64,000 nt of DNA from Octopus vulgaris. Taxonomy: Eukaryota. The translations under genes and the position numbers were made by a program. Where the stretch lies: positions 20,770,001 to 20,834,000 of the forward strand of contig OX597832.1 of the NCBI GenBank assembly GCA_951406725.2, given 5' to 3'. Of the stretch, positions 1 through 14,651 are shown one piece after another. The notes below the pieces were generated by a model. That model saw only the letters and a program-made list of their open reading frames with translations. It did no database searches and was not told the origin of the DNA. Each line of letters opens with the position of its first letter. Within the stretch, counting starts at the first letter, position 1.

Positions 1-365
1 ATGGCGGTGTTGTGTGTACCCAGTAACAATTTTGAAATTCACCTCAGGACTCTTATGATCAGTTGTCTTTGTATCTATTTGGCATAGACATGTTAAAATA
101 TCCTGGAAACTTAACAATAATATCAGTTGATTAGGCCTCATGAGGCCATTCTAAGTCACATCGTCAAATTTCGCTGAGTCAACTACATGTGAATGACTCC
201 AAGGTTGCAAACTTATGTAATGTTCGCACGTGACTTTCACAATAGAAATATAGATTATGTTAAATGTATAAATAGCTATTGTGCAAAATGTAGAATTTAG
301 TCACTCGAAAAACACGTGAAAAACAAGGCGGAATAGCCATAACTGTCTGGGAGTCATGTGGTGAA

Positions 366-367
<2 letters not shown>

Positions 368-423
<56 letters not shown>

Positions 424-635
424 GTATATATACATCTTGAAATAACTCTTGAATTTATGATTATATATACATATATATATAGGTATACACCACAAACACA
501 TGCATATATATTAATGCATATAAACACACATATATACATGTATATATATGTGTGTATATATATATGTATGTATATATGTATACACACACATATATATATA
601 AATATATTTATATATTTATATATATATATATATAT

Positions 636-670
<35 letters not shown>

Positions 671-720
671 ATGGATAGATAGATTGATAGATAGGAAGGT
701 AGATAGATAAATATACATGC
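368..720. repeat. Compound (AT)n/(AC)n/(AGAT)n microsatellite block, representative of dozens across the window
   Basis: Direct reading; source of the [12 protein letters not shown] pseudo-ORFs. Confidence 0.95.
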
Positions 721-1100
721 ATGTATATAAATGTACATATATAACATAACGAGTTTCATAAAAACATTATTATATACAAAGTTGCTCTCCCACTAGATAG
801 GAATTTAAAATGGTGGCAGGGTAGAAATTCCTACACATTGTGATGATATAGTTTCCCTTCCATTTCTTCATATTTTTCCTTCTTTCTCGCAACGAATATA
901 ATTCTATTGTTGTCAGATTTAGTTCCGCACACCGCTATTAACTTTTATTTTGATATGAAGAGAATACGTTGTCAAGCTTACCCAAGGCCATACAGATACA
1001 AACAAACATCCATTACTAAGCTTCTGCTTCTTATTGGGTGTATTCATTAAACAGCCATGGGAAGACGAAAGCAAATAGCACAGTTGTTAAGAGTGATGGT

Positions 1101-1211
<111 letters not shown>

Positions 1212-1512
1212 CCACATATCCACAGTTTCAGACTAGGGAAGTAGTTAGATATTTATGACTAACAATGTTATTATATTCAACGAATGTTTACTGCTCAATA
1301 AGCATGACTAAACGAGCTCGTACATAATATGGTCGTATATACGGACTTTCATACATATGTACGTACACACAAATATGCATGCATGTACATATTCACAGAC
1401 CACACACATAAACACACAAATACACACACACCCATACATGCACACATGTATATGTCCATGAGTATATTAATACATATACACACATATACTTATATATATG
1501 TATGTATGTATG

Positions 1513-1559
<47 letters not shown>

Positions 1560-1693
1560 GCATATATATATATATATATATATATACGTATGTGTATAGT
1601 CAGTTTTATATACACAAATATTTTCAGAAACTGACCCACATACAGAACACAAACCTTGACACACACGCGCATACACCCACTTAGAGCATATAT

Positions 1694-1785
<92 letters not shown>

Positions 1786-1824
1786 GTATGTGTATATATA
1801 TATATGCATACACATATATACGTA

Positions 1825-1861
<37 letters not shown>

Positions 1862-2568
1862 TGCGAGTGTTTACATATCTATGTATGCATGTATGTATGT
1901 ATGTAGGCATGTGCGTATAATCAAATCTGATTTCACGTAGAGTGAGACGGAGCAGCTGAAGAAAAACATAATTAGTGTGCTTGGTTACGAAAGTTACACA
2001 ATTTTCTCTATATCTTATTTTCTTGTCTTCTGCTCTGTTTTCTCTTCTTTTTTTTTCATATGATTTGTCTCTTTGTTTCTTCTCATCTTTTCTTCTTCTT
2101 TTCTTATCAGCCGGGACTTTATTTATTATTCATTATTTATTATTTTTTTTTGATATTCTCCATCGATATGGAATCATTGAATTTCTAAATAACAAAAGCC
2201 AAGTAAAATAGTGTAGACATGGTAGACATGTTAAGCAAACACAGTCTATAGGAATTTCGCCTAACATTGTTTGCTGCTTATATTTTTTTATGAACTATCG
2301 TTACTTTATGATTTTTACAAGCCATCCCCCTTCTATGATGCCTACCTATTCATGTATATATGTATATAATTACATACATCATGCTTGTGTATACATAATA
2401 TGTGAACGCAAGCGTGTATGTGTGTGTATGTGTATTATATATTTACCTTAAATTTGAAAAACAAGTAAAGGTTGTTGTCTGGAACAGCATCCGGCAATAA
2501 AATCCCCGCTTCAAATATGCATATGTATATTATATTACATATTAATATATCTCTTTGTCTGAATGTGT

Positions 2569-2604
<36 letters not shown>

Positions 2605-2608
<4 letters not shown>

Positions 2609-2765
2609 AAAAATGGGACAAGAACGCCAAACATCCGGACAACTAGGTGATACAAAAAGGGACAACAAAACATCCAGAAAAACTATACAAAAAAACAAGG
2701 ACGGGTCATTCGAAGCTTTTTATCCACAGTCAAGAACCGTATCATCCTCGCAATTTCGGCTGGTA
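2605..2765 (-). mobile_element. Fragment of a short interspersed repeat, probably Penelope-type terminal sequence
   Basis: Its reverse complement (ccagccgaaattgcgaggatgat...gactgtgga...ccgtccttgtttt...cgttcttgtcccatttt) resembles 42948-43075 on +. Confidence 0.45.
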
Positions 2766-3869
2766 CGTATATATGTATGTAAGTATCGATCTATGTATCT
2801 TTGTATGTATGCAGGAGGTATGCATGTACCCAGTATATATACAGACTTAATATTAAAACAGGTAAGGGTTGGTGTCTGGAACAAAGGGCAAAAGAAAAAT
2901 TCTAATGCCAAATATGCCGAAAAAAATACAAAATTGTCAATAACCATTATAATTAATGCGTCTCGAAACAAACCGATAGAAATTTCTAAAAAATTCCGTT
3001 ATTACCGTATTGGTCCCAATTTCAGAGTTAATTCATAAGAATTCTCTCCTCGTCAGCGATAAATATGTAAGACATAAATGAAATACTTACTCATACCCAT
3101 GGAAAAAGCAAGCACTAAGTCCTGAGCAGACCTAAGTACTCCAAATATATCCAAAGTAGAAAGTCTTCGGCAAATTTCGAGACAGGTGTGATATATATAT
3201 ATTTGTATTTATGTATTATGTGTGTGTGTGTGTGTGTGTGTGTGTGAGTGTGTGTGTGTGTGTGCAATTTAATATTTTACAAGTTACTTGCTTGTCGATT
3301 TTTTTTCTATTTTTATTTAACACGATTGCAATAAGGAAGGAATAAGTAATAAGCTTTGAAACAAGAGAAATGATCCTAACTTGCTAGAATGACGTAGTTG
3401 AAGTGCATAAGGAGTTAAGTAGGTAATTTCAAAAAAGATTAATCAAAGCGAGTTGACATCACACAAATTAGAGATGCGTTTGATGCAGATTAAAGTTATA
3501 CGAATTATAATATGTAGGAAATACATTTTTTATTCATAAACAAACAAAAGCGTTCACCGAAGATTTTCAAACGAAGTCACACATACATGTCAGCAACACA
3601 CCTGGACACATACACACGCACACACACATATGTACACACACACACACTCACTTACAAACACACACGTACTCACACACATACATACATACTCACACATACA
3701 AAGCACACGCGCACACACATAAGAATATCTTCCGCTTAAGCGTTCACCATTTTATTTTAAAAGGCTTCATAGGGAACCAAAGCGACGCATTAATGGAAGG
3801 AACGCTAAATTTCATGCACCAAAGAAAATTCCTAGAATCGCATAGTCATGCACTCAAACACACACACAC

Positions 3870-3931
<62 letters not shown>

Positions 3932-5917
3932 TTACAAACACGCACACATAACATAGATATACACTCACATGCACACAGACAGACACGCACTCACATGCAC
4001 ATACATACAAATCCTTATTCAAATGATGCACACTCCGCGGACACAGCTGGACACCTGAAGGTGGAGGAATATAGAACGCATGTAAAACTAATGGAATCAC
4101 ATAAAAATAGAAAAAAGAATTAAAGCAATAATAACAATTAAAAAAAGAAACAAAACGTAACGTAACTCTTACCTTAGATATTTTTTCAGTGTAAACTATG
4201 GAGAATGCATCGCGTCCATTTTGTTTGTTCATTGTTTGGTTTTTATTTCGTCATAGGTATCGCCTATTATTGTAAATAATCCACAAAGTAGGCGACTGAA
4301 GTTGTTTTAATCCTGGAATAGAAAGACGGATTTGGTGAATAGGCGTATCGAAAACTGTATCTAAATTCAACATGATGATTGCATACAATTCTTTTTTGTT
4401 TAATCTTTTTTTTCTCGTTTTTGGTTCCCGCTTTTTTTTTTATTTTGCCTGGTTAGATGTTTCTACCCCTCAGAGATCAGGTTTACTCTCCTGTACATCA
4501 CTGGACTGCATTCTACTAAGCACTTAACCCATTCTTTCATTCCCGCGAGTGAAAAACTCTTTATCGCGATGTTGTCTTTGAAAGCAATGGTCAAATACAA
4601 ATGGAATTCGGTAAACTTAAACCTGCTATGCATATTTTCCACTCTACTAAGTCCTGTGAGATTTATAAATGTATTCTTGCGCTTCTAAAGACAAAATTAT
4701 TAAACACACACATCAATGAGATAACAGATAAACATCTTTTGAAAATACAATTCGCAGGTAACAATGAGAGAACCTCTTGTGGCTTGCCACCAAAAAAGAA
4801 AAAAAAAACTACGAAGAGGAATTTATTTTATATTAGACTGGACCAGATGACTTTTCTGCCATTTCATCCAAACCTGTCGATATCACCCGAAATAAGGGAT
4901 AATATCTTGATAAAAATTTTAAAATTCTATAACTACTGTACCCGTTGCATAGTTTCACTGGCCATTTCTTTGTGCGAAATAAAAATATTTGATTATGCAG
5001 GTAATTGTCATTTTATTCCATGTCAAATATAATATTTTCAGTTCGACCAAAAGAATTTGAAAACCATAGTTAAAAAGGGATACTGTAGTCTAGTTTCTTG
5101 GAAATACAAATATGTATATTCCCGCCTAAATTTATTTATTTCAATTTTCGACTTCCCAATTAGGGATCACTTAAGGTTATATAAAATATACAAATTGTGA
5201 ATTGTGGTTCTAATGTTTTCAATTATGTTCAGCCTTATTGACATGTTGACTATCAAAATATCTATATTTCATGTCATGAATACTTTTTTGAATAATACTC
5301 ACTGTGTATAGTCAAATGTAAAATAATACAAATAGCTTATAGAGGACAGGCTCAAGTTGAGACACGACCCTCAATGACACTCTTAAACAAATAGCTGTAT
5401 CAGTCTACGTCATTACAATTACCTACTAGGGAAAAGTGTAATAATCACGATGTAACATTGACCAGAGAGAGCATGTAATTGTCCCTGCAATTATTCCTTG
5501 GGGAGCTTTGAATTTTATGCCCCTTTGCACTCATTATACGTGAATACGAAATGGTACAAAGCGCTGTAATTTTGCATCAACATACAACTGAATTCATACA
5601 AGCAGCTTCAATGCGATTACATACAGATTATATGTAACCCGCTTCAATTATATTCTTAAAATTGATTCTTAAAATTTCAGGATTTAATGGTACAAAGACC
5701 AGCCACTAGTACATATATTTATATACATTTATGTCTGTTACCCATCTACGACTCTCTCTCTTTCTCTCTCTCTATATATATATCGTTCTCTCTCCCTCTC
5801 TCTCTCTCTCTCTCTCACTTACTTACTCAGTCCTGATATATATTTATATAGTTAGGTACATGCTTACATAGGCACGCTTATGCATGGTTAAATAGTCTCA
5901 CACATACACAACGATTA

Positions 5918-6365
5918 GGTGGCCAGCTGGCAGAAACATTAGCACTCCGGGCGAAATACTTCGCGATATTTCGTCTGCCGCTACGTTCTGAGTTAAAATT
6001 CCGCCGAGGTCGACTTTGCCTTTCATCCTTTCGGGGTCGATAAATTAAGTACCAGTTACGCACTGAGGTCGATGTAATCGACTTAATCCGTTTGTCTGTT
6101 CTTGTTTGTTCCCTCTATGTTTAGCCCCTTGTGTGCAATAAAGAAATAAGTAATGTTAGCATGCCGGGCGAAATGCTTAGCGGTATTTCGGCTGCCGTTA
6201 CTTTCTGAGTTCAAATTCCGCCGAGGTCGACTTTGCCTTTCATCCTTTCGGGATCGATAAATTAAGTACCAGTTATTCACTGGGGTCGATGTAATCGACT
6301 TAATCCCTCTGTTTGTCTTTGTTTGTCCCCTCTATGTTTAGCCCTTTGTGGGCAGTAAAGAAATA
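5918..6365 (+). mobile_element. tRNA-derived SINE family A, tandem dimer, both units ending in tail1
   Basis: A-box-like TGGCAGAAAC, B-box-like GAGTTCAAATTCC, core gtcgactttgcctttcatcctttcggggtcgataaattaagtaccag, tail ...ttagccccttgtgggcagtaaagaaata; second unit starts ~6153. Confidence 0.9.
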
Positions 6366-6534
6366 ACAAACAACGATAACACGCACACTAGCAAACAGAC
6401 ACACAGACACACGCACATACACACACTGTTTGAAAGATAGGTAGATACTTACATACATATATACATACATACATACATACATAAACAGACTGATAGACAG
6501 AAAGACAGACATACAGACAGACAGACAGACAGAC

Positions 6535-6689
<155 letters not shown>

Positions 6690-6976
6690 AATTGATATTT
6701 GCATATATTTAGAATCGGAAAGAGAGTGATACAGAGAACATTATAGCAAAAACTTTTACATTTACCTGAGTGAGGTACGTTTATGTAGACATACATATAA
6801 TATATTACGCGGTATGTTTTCGTCTCCCTCCTTCCTCTTTCCCATTCTGTCCCTTTCATTCTCTATTTGCCCCCTATCATCTCTCACTGGGTGCTTATAT
6901 GCTTATATGTATGTGCATAATGTATGTTAACGCATCTAAAATATTGCTTGCGGACTCCACGTGTAGCTTCCAATTC

Positions 6977-7023
<47 letters not shown>

Positions 7024-7037
7024 CAAAAAGATATGTT

Positions 7038-7087
<50 letters not shown>

Positions 7088-7193
7088 TACATATATGTGT
7101 GTATGTATATATATATATATATATATACAAAAAGATATGTATATATATATATATATATATATAAAGAGAGAGAGAGAGAGAGGGCGAGATACA

Positions 7194-7242
<49 letters not shown>

Positions 7243-7599
7243 ATACATATACATATATATATATATATATGCAAGCACAAACAGAAAAATACATGTATAT
7301 ATTCATACATGCATACTTTCGTACATATAACATACGTTTAATTATCTGATATTAAAATGTCACATTTTAAATTACGAAAATGTTGCAGGGTGGAATACTG
7401 AAGCCCTATAAACATTTGGAAATTAAATTATCATTGATTCTTTTACATTCGTTTCATTCTCTCTGTATTCTCTCCATTTTTTTTCTTCGTGGAATTTTTC
7501 TTTCCTTATTTCCTTCTTTCACCCTCAAATTTGTTTATGCATACTATTTTACTATTACTAACTATATATATACATTTATTTACACACACATACATATAT

Positions 7600-7782
<183 letters not shown>

Positions 7783-8148
7783 TTCAACGCCGGAAGAAGT
7801 TCATTGCTACGACATACACAAGGACCTGGATGCGTAAACATACACAGACAGACACGGGCACATATGCAAGTGTAGTATGTAAAATATATAATCAACGTTT
7901 AACACTGATTTTTCAAGATAAAAGAAATGTGTCGTTCTTTTTTTAAAATCTAAGGAAAAATAATAAGTAAATAAAATTACATAGATGAGAACCTGTCAAG
8001 AAAAGGCACTAAAAATGACGAGGGAGGGAGGTGCACGTGTATGTGTGACTATTTTGTATGTTCGTATATATATACACACACATATATACACTTACACATG
8101 GCCACCACCCCACACACAAACCCACACATATATATATACATATGTATA

Positions 8149-8203
<55 letters not shown>

Positions 8204-8298
8204 ATACATATATAGATAGATAGATAGATAGAGACAGGCAGGCAGACAGATAGATAGAGAAATATGTAGATAGATAAATATATATGTTTCTTTATTAG

Positions 8299-8335
<37 letters not shown>

Positions 8336-8345
8336 TATATGTATA

Positions 8346-8419
<74 letters not shown>

Positions 8420-9213
8420 TAGATAGATAGATAGATAGATATAAGGTGTGTATGTATGTATGAACGTATGCATATATGTATACATAGAGATAGGTAAGAG
8501 ATCGTGTGTGTGTGTATGTATTTGTGTAAATTTGTATAAATGAAACGTAAACAAGCAGAGATACAAAAGTTCTTACAGCGACAACTGTTATGAATCCAAT
8601 TACACTTGTGACCTATATATTGGAACCATGCTGCAAGAGGTTTCGCCTTTAAAATATTCTTTAAAAATATCTAATTTTTAATATTGTGCTTCATTTGCTC
8701 AATTTGGTGTTTAACCCGAAAGATAGCAGGCTCTCACACTCGTTTTTAGATGCATATACAGACTCACAGAGACGCCGGAGCACTCTCTCAACAAACACAC
8801 ATATACACATACACATACGTACAAGTAGGCACACACATATATAGAGTCGCAGATGCATACACATTCAGACACGTGGAGACAGATATACAAACATGTTCAA
8901 ACGATATGATTTAAATGTTTGCTTGAAATTCAGAAAGTGGAATCTTAAGTGTATAAGTGTTATGTGTGTGAATGTGTGTATGTGTGTGTGTGTATGTGTG
9001 TAACAGAAAGAGAGAGAAAGGGGTGAGAGAGAAAGAAAGAAGGAAAGACAGAAAGAAAGAGAGGGAGGAAGGGGGGAGAGACGGATACATAAAGCGACAA
9101 ACACATTAAACGCTCACAAGCAAAGAGGGATTCTTAGAGTGTGGTCCTACTTACATATATAACTATCATACTATTTACTCACAAAGGTACACACACATAT
9201 ACACACAGACACT

Positions 9214-9255
<42 letters not shown>

Positions 9256-9526
9256 CGCAGAGAGAGGGAGAGAAGGAGAGAGGCAGACGGAGAAGGACAA
9301 ACCTCATGAGGTGCATGTGGACAAGTTGACATAGAGCTAATGTAGCGACAGGAAGAGAAAATAATTTACACCCCATAGAGAGCCTTAAGGTTTGAATTCT
9401 AAAATCTTTAAGAATGCATAATTTTTAATTAAGTTAATGTTGCTTGTGATTATGAGAGCGACGTTGATGTCGGAGTGCTTGAAGATCTTCATGATAGCAA
9501 TGGCGACAATTTTAAGGCATTGGCAG

Positions 9527-9558
<32 letters not shown>

Positions 9559-9684
9559 CATACATACATACATACATACATACATACATACATACATACA
9601 TACATGCATGCATGCATACATACATACATACATACATACATACATACATGCATGCATACATACATACATACATACATACATACA

Positions 9685-9712
<28 letters not shown>
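9527..9712. repeat. (ACAT)n microsatellite with GCAT variants
   Basis: Direct reading. Confidence 0.95.
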
Positions 9713-9718
<6 letters not shown>

Positions 9719-10050
9719 CACACATACATAAATACATACTTACATACGCACATATATACATCATACATATACATATATATATATATATATATGATTGGAA
9801 AATGGTTCCGCGGAGGCAAAATTGTAATAGATTATTTTATTTCTATACTCGTTAGTTTCAAGATAGTAAATGGTAAGTCTTATTAAGATTTAATAATGAG
9901 TATTACCTGTAGGACCTATTGAAATTTTTGAAAAAGTAATGCTAAAATCCGTTGAGTATACACGTATGTGTTTGTGTGTGTGTCTGAGTGTCTGTGTGTT
10001 TGTGTGTGTGTGTGTGTGTTTGGGTCTGATAGACAGGCAGACAAACAAAC

Positions 10051-10130
<80 letters not shown>

Positions 10131-10132
<2 letters not shown>

Positions 10133-10915
10133 CATGGGAGCGAGAATGTGCCCCAACTATGCGAAACTTTTCGTTGGCTGCGTGGAAACCCAAATATTTT
10201 CCCAATTCACTGGTCCCACTCCCTAACTATACGGTCTTATATCGATGACTGTATCGGCGTGACCTCGCTCTCCCGCGTACAACTGGACTCCTTCCTCTCC
10301 TTTGTCCAGTCCGTCAATCGTACCCTTGAAATCTCTTGTATTATATCCAACTGATGCGTCGAATTTTTCGATATTTCTATCAGCATACACCATTCCATCA
10401 TCTACAAACAAACGGACTCACACTCCGACCTTAACTTCTCGTCTCACCAAGCTCTCCATCTCCTACTCCAAATTCCTCTGTCTACGCAGGATCTGCAGTG
10501 ACGAACGTGACTTTGATACTCAGTCTCAACACATTACTCACCACTTTTTCCTTGGTGGATATCTCCTCACGTCTATCCAATATTGCCCTTGCCCGGGCGT
10601 GACTTCTAAACCGTACCGCTGCTCTTTCTCCTCGTACCCTCCCCACCCTCACGTCTCTCCTATTTCCCCTCACTGACCACTCCTTAACCTTACCCCTGCA
10701 ATGCACCATTGTCCGAGCCACCAGTCAGACCTCTCCATCTTGCAAATCTTCTTGAACCTACTCCTTCCCTCGAAATGAGTCTATAACCTGCGTGACTACC
10801 TGGTTCACAGTTTCTTCCCAGCCCTTGCTTTCCAGCCAGGCTCCTTCACCTGCATGCTGTCACAATTCCCCCAACCTCTCCAACATGCCCATCCTCACAG
10901 TCAAACATCATCAGG
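10131..10915 (+). pseudogene. Penelope-like retroelement reverse transcriptase remnant (frameshifted)
   Basis: Across frames: MGARMCPNYAKLFVG (cf. GTAMGTRMAPNYANLFMG), catalytic YIDD in RSYIDDCIG, SISYSKFLCLRRICSDERDF, NLRDYLVHS and GSFTC leading toward the GIY-YIG domain; stops and frameshifts. Confidence 0.85.
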
Positions 10916-10916
10916 T

Positions 10917-11125
10917 ATCGCCATAGCAACCTTCTCTGTCATGGTCAATGCGACGATCACACGCTACACACCTTCCGTCCAAGCAACGTTGGAAACAGCG
11001 GAAATGAGTTAGAACGCCAAAATTTGTGCGCATGCACAAAAGAGTGCGAAACCGCTTTATTCTGCATACTTTAGCTTCGTTACTATGGCAACAGTCCGTA
11101 AACATATTGATCTGGCCACGTGGCC
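10917..11125. promoter_or_regulatory. Candidate promoter: two RFX X-boxes, NRF1-like palindrome, E-box palindrome
   Basis: ATCGCCATAGCAAC 10917-10930; GTTACTATGGCAAC 11079-11092; TTTGTGCGCATGCACAAA 11023-11040; GGCCACGTGGCC 11114-11125. Confidence 0.4.
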
Positions 11126-11329
11126 CTAGCTATTTCCTGTGTTTTGAGGTGTGAATAGGTATATTACCTAATACACCTCTTCATCATTCCCTCTTTATAA
11201 GTGTTCACAGGTCTATTATCTTCTACTCTTTCGATGTTATAGCTGTACTTTACTCTGCAATGTTTCGCTATTTCATCTTTACAGGTGTATAAAGGTCTTT
11301 TTATTGCACTATTCGACTTCCAGGTGGCA

Positions 11330-11585
11330 CATTGTATCCTTCAGCAAAACAATTTATTTCTCCTTGTTTCAGACTCATCAGCTAGCTAAAACTAGTAGTT
11401 AAGCCGTGTATTTAAAAAAGGGCCAGCCTGGTCATACTCTGTGACTCGCTAAATCCCTCTGAAAACTACTTTAACGATCTCTATGTTTGAGGCGTGCTCA
11501 GCCACTTGTACGTTAATTTCACGAGCAGATAATCCTTTGATCGGATTAACTGCAACCGTTGATGTCGTAACCGACGGAATTCCCT
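11330..11585 (+). mobile_element. Diverged 3' part of SINE family C
   Basis: gtgctcagccacttgtacgttaatttcacgagcag...cgtaaccgacgg shared with 52600-52850 and 58653-58834. Confidence 0.7.
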
Positions 11586-11814
11586 CTTTTATTCCGTATT
11601 TATAGGTGCATGTATATCTATATTCTAGTGCTATTTTGTCTCTATATGTATAAAGGTTTACTATTTTTTACTATTTCGTTCCATTGCTGTACATAGATCT
11701 ATTTCATTGTACAATTTTGTATTTCTACGTGAATACATGTCTGTTATCTTCCGCTATTTCCTCTTTATATTTGCATATTATTATTTTGCCTTGTTCTTTT
11801 TTTTTTCTATATTA

Positions 11815-12230
11815 GGCGCAAGAATGGCTGTGTGGTAAGAAGCTTGCTTCCCAACTACATGTTTCCGGGTTCAGTCCCACTGCGTAGCAACTCGGGCAAG
11901 TGTCTTCTACTGCAGCCTCGGGCCGACCAAAGCCTGGTCAGTGGATTTGGTAGAGGGAAGCTGAAAGAATCCCGTCGTACATATATGTATATATGTGTAT
12001 GTATCTATTTATTATTTCTGTCTGTGTTTGTCCTCCTCTCCACTATCGTTACACAACTGATGTTGGTGTGTTTATGTCCCCCTCACTTAGCAGTTAGGCA
12101 AAAGAGTTCGATAGAATAGGCTTACAAAGAATAAATCCCGGGGTCGATTTGTTCGACTAAAGTTGATGCTCCATCAAGGCCGCTGTCAAATGACTGAAGC
12201 AAGTAAATGAATAAACGAATGAAAGAAAAA
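11815..12230 (+). mobile_element. tRNA-derived SINE family B, full length
   Basis: ggcgcaagaatggctgtgtggtaag (A-box), gggttcagtccc (B-box), internal microsatellite, tail aaatgactgaagcaagtaaa; near-colinear with 46615-47049. Confidence 0.9.
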
Positions 12231-12307
<77 letters not shown>

Positions 12308-12356
12308 CAGACAGACAGACAGACAGAGACAGAGAGAGAGAGACAGAGCGATAGAA

Positions 12357-12428
<72 letters not shown>

Positions 12429-12549
12429 GAAGGTAGGTAGGTTGGTAGGTAGGTTGTTAGGTAGGTAGGTAGGTAGGTAGGTAGGTAGGTAGGTAGGTAG
12501 ATAGATAGGTGGGTAGGTAGATATATTTGTTGGCAAAATGATAGATTTT

Positions 12550-12885
12550 TGTATCGGGAGACAATAGAATTGAGCCTCTGGAGAGGAAAGTCGAAGTTTC
12601 CTCTCCAGATTTGCGCAGGCCTAGGCCAGATGTAAGAAAATCCTGGATAACCCATTCGTCAGGTTTACTCTCACGACCTTGCTGACGGTTGCTTTTACCA
12701 GCTTCGTAATAGGATCTGCCGGAAGAGTGTCGAGTCGACCACTAAACCGCCTCCGGGGCTCCTCTCCGGATTTCTTTGAAAATTGTCTCTTTACGTAACC
12801 CTGGATAGAGGCCCATACCGAGTACTCTCAGCTGGAGCCAGCGGAGCCCGGGACTCGTCACTGGCAGGGTCGTTACTCCCTTATG
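12550..12885. other. GC-rich structured segment, possibly a LINE 5'UTR fragment
   Basis: Abrupt GC rise; 13-bp perfect hairpin 12577-12609; further complementary blocks (gggctcc/ggagccc, ccggaagagtgtcgagtcgac). Confidence 0.3.
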
Positions 12886-13668
12886 TAGTGAAGAAAATCG
12901 CTACCGTGAAATATTTTGTCTTAATGTATGTATATAAGTAAATTACCTTCAACTATTTCTTGATTCTAAGTGTATACAGTTATATAGGTATAAGCTCTTC
13001 GGCGCCAGTTTACTATTATTTAGGTTGGCAGAGAATCATGTGAAAGAGATTCCTGTGTTATTTCTTGTAAATTTTTCGACCACCTACAGACTCCGAATTT
13101 TGGCTTGTTATGATGGAGAGTATTGCTTAGTATGTTACCCAGAAAGCTTTATAATCTGGTGTGCTGGAAACCAATCGCATGACGTGACTTATAGTAATTA
13201 CGTTATGACGCTAGTAGGTGGTGGAGAGAAGGCTGCAACGGACTGTGCGAGTAGAATTTAGAGCTAATCATCTGAAATTATTATTAATTATTGAATCCGA
13301 TGCTGATGAAGATAATGTAAAATGATTAGGATGATGACAGCGTAATAACGGTAATGTCACACGCACAGATTTGCAGACACATGAAGAAATATATTAGAAT
13401 TAGCAGACACGTACATAAACACAGCTGTAAATCATTGATAGCACGCGAATAACATACATAAACTGATGTATGTGCCTGTGTGTTTATCTACATTTATGCA
13501 TGTATAAAGCATGCACATATATATAAATATATATATATTTATATACATATATATTTTTATATAATTACACGTTATATATATGTTTACACACCTTCAGTAA
13601 ATCATATATTCAAAAAGGAAAAGTTAGGGAGAAGTAGAGTATATAGATAAAGATAGATATGGCCGGTC

Positions 13669-13800
<132 letters not shown>

Positions 13801-13899
13801 CGTATATATGAGCGTATATAGATATTTAAGCATGCATGAACCTATATCCATATATATATACTTATACATATATATATATTATACATATACATATATGTT

Positions 13900-13934
<35 letters not shown>

Positions 13935-14249
13935 TATATGTATATTCAACATTCAGCAGAAGGATTAATTAATGTTTTTAGTAGAGTACATTGATTTTTA
14001 AAAGTAAAATATTGAATTGCGAAATTTCGGTTTCTTAGACATCATATGATTTTTATAATAAATATGACACGTCACTTTTATGTATGCTAATCCGTCCTCA
14101 TGTGAGTGTGTATACGTGTGTGTATATGTGTTTATATATATATATATATATACAAAATAAGAAAATGGAGCAACACATCTAAATATATATATATATGAAT
14201 GTATATATCCATATAGGTATATTCTTACACATGCAAACACACACTCATC

Positions 14250-14318
<69 letters not shown>

Positions 14319-14343
14319 TTATTGCATTAAGGACACTGGAAAG

Positions 14344-14391
14344 GGACGCTAAAGTCAAACTACTTCATTAAGTAGTTTGACTTTAGCGTCC
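14344..14391. repeat. Perfect 22-bp inverted repeat with 4-nt loop
   Basis: ggacgctaaagtcaaactactt-catt-aagtagtttgactttagcgtcc. Confidence 0.95.
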
Positions 14392-14392
14392 A

Positions 14393-14565
14393 TAACAGAG
14401 CAAAGACGAAGACAAGTTGTGAAACAACAAGCAAGTGTATTAGTTAGATGCTCGAGGAAAATGGAAACGTCCTTTACATTTCGAGCCTACGCTCTTCAAC
14501 AGGAAGGAATAAGAGGAAATAAGTAAAGAATGAACAAAATCACGTTGAGTTCAGTGGTCCTACAT
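14393..14565 (-). mobile_element. Short repeat with hammerhead-like motif (Penelope-type terminal family)
   Basis: Minus strand ctgttgaagagcgtaggctcgaaatgtaaagg; homologous to 43383-43575 (-) and 53046-53192 (+). Confidence 0.65.
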
Positions 14566-14601
14566 GATATATCTATATACGCTTACATATATGTGTATAT
14601 G

Positions 14602-14651
<50 letters not shown>

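Noticed and set aside
130-180. ctcatgaggcc as a hammerhead core
   Set aside because: Core mismatch (CTCATGA) and no properly placed GAAA/stem III
4601-5032. 143-aa non-repetitive ORF
   Set aside because: AT-rich, includes a poly-A-derived lysine run, no recognisable motif or splice support
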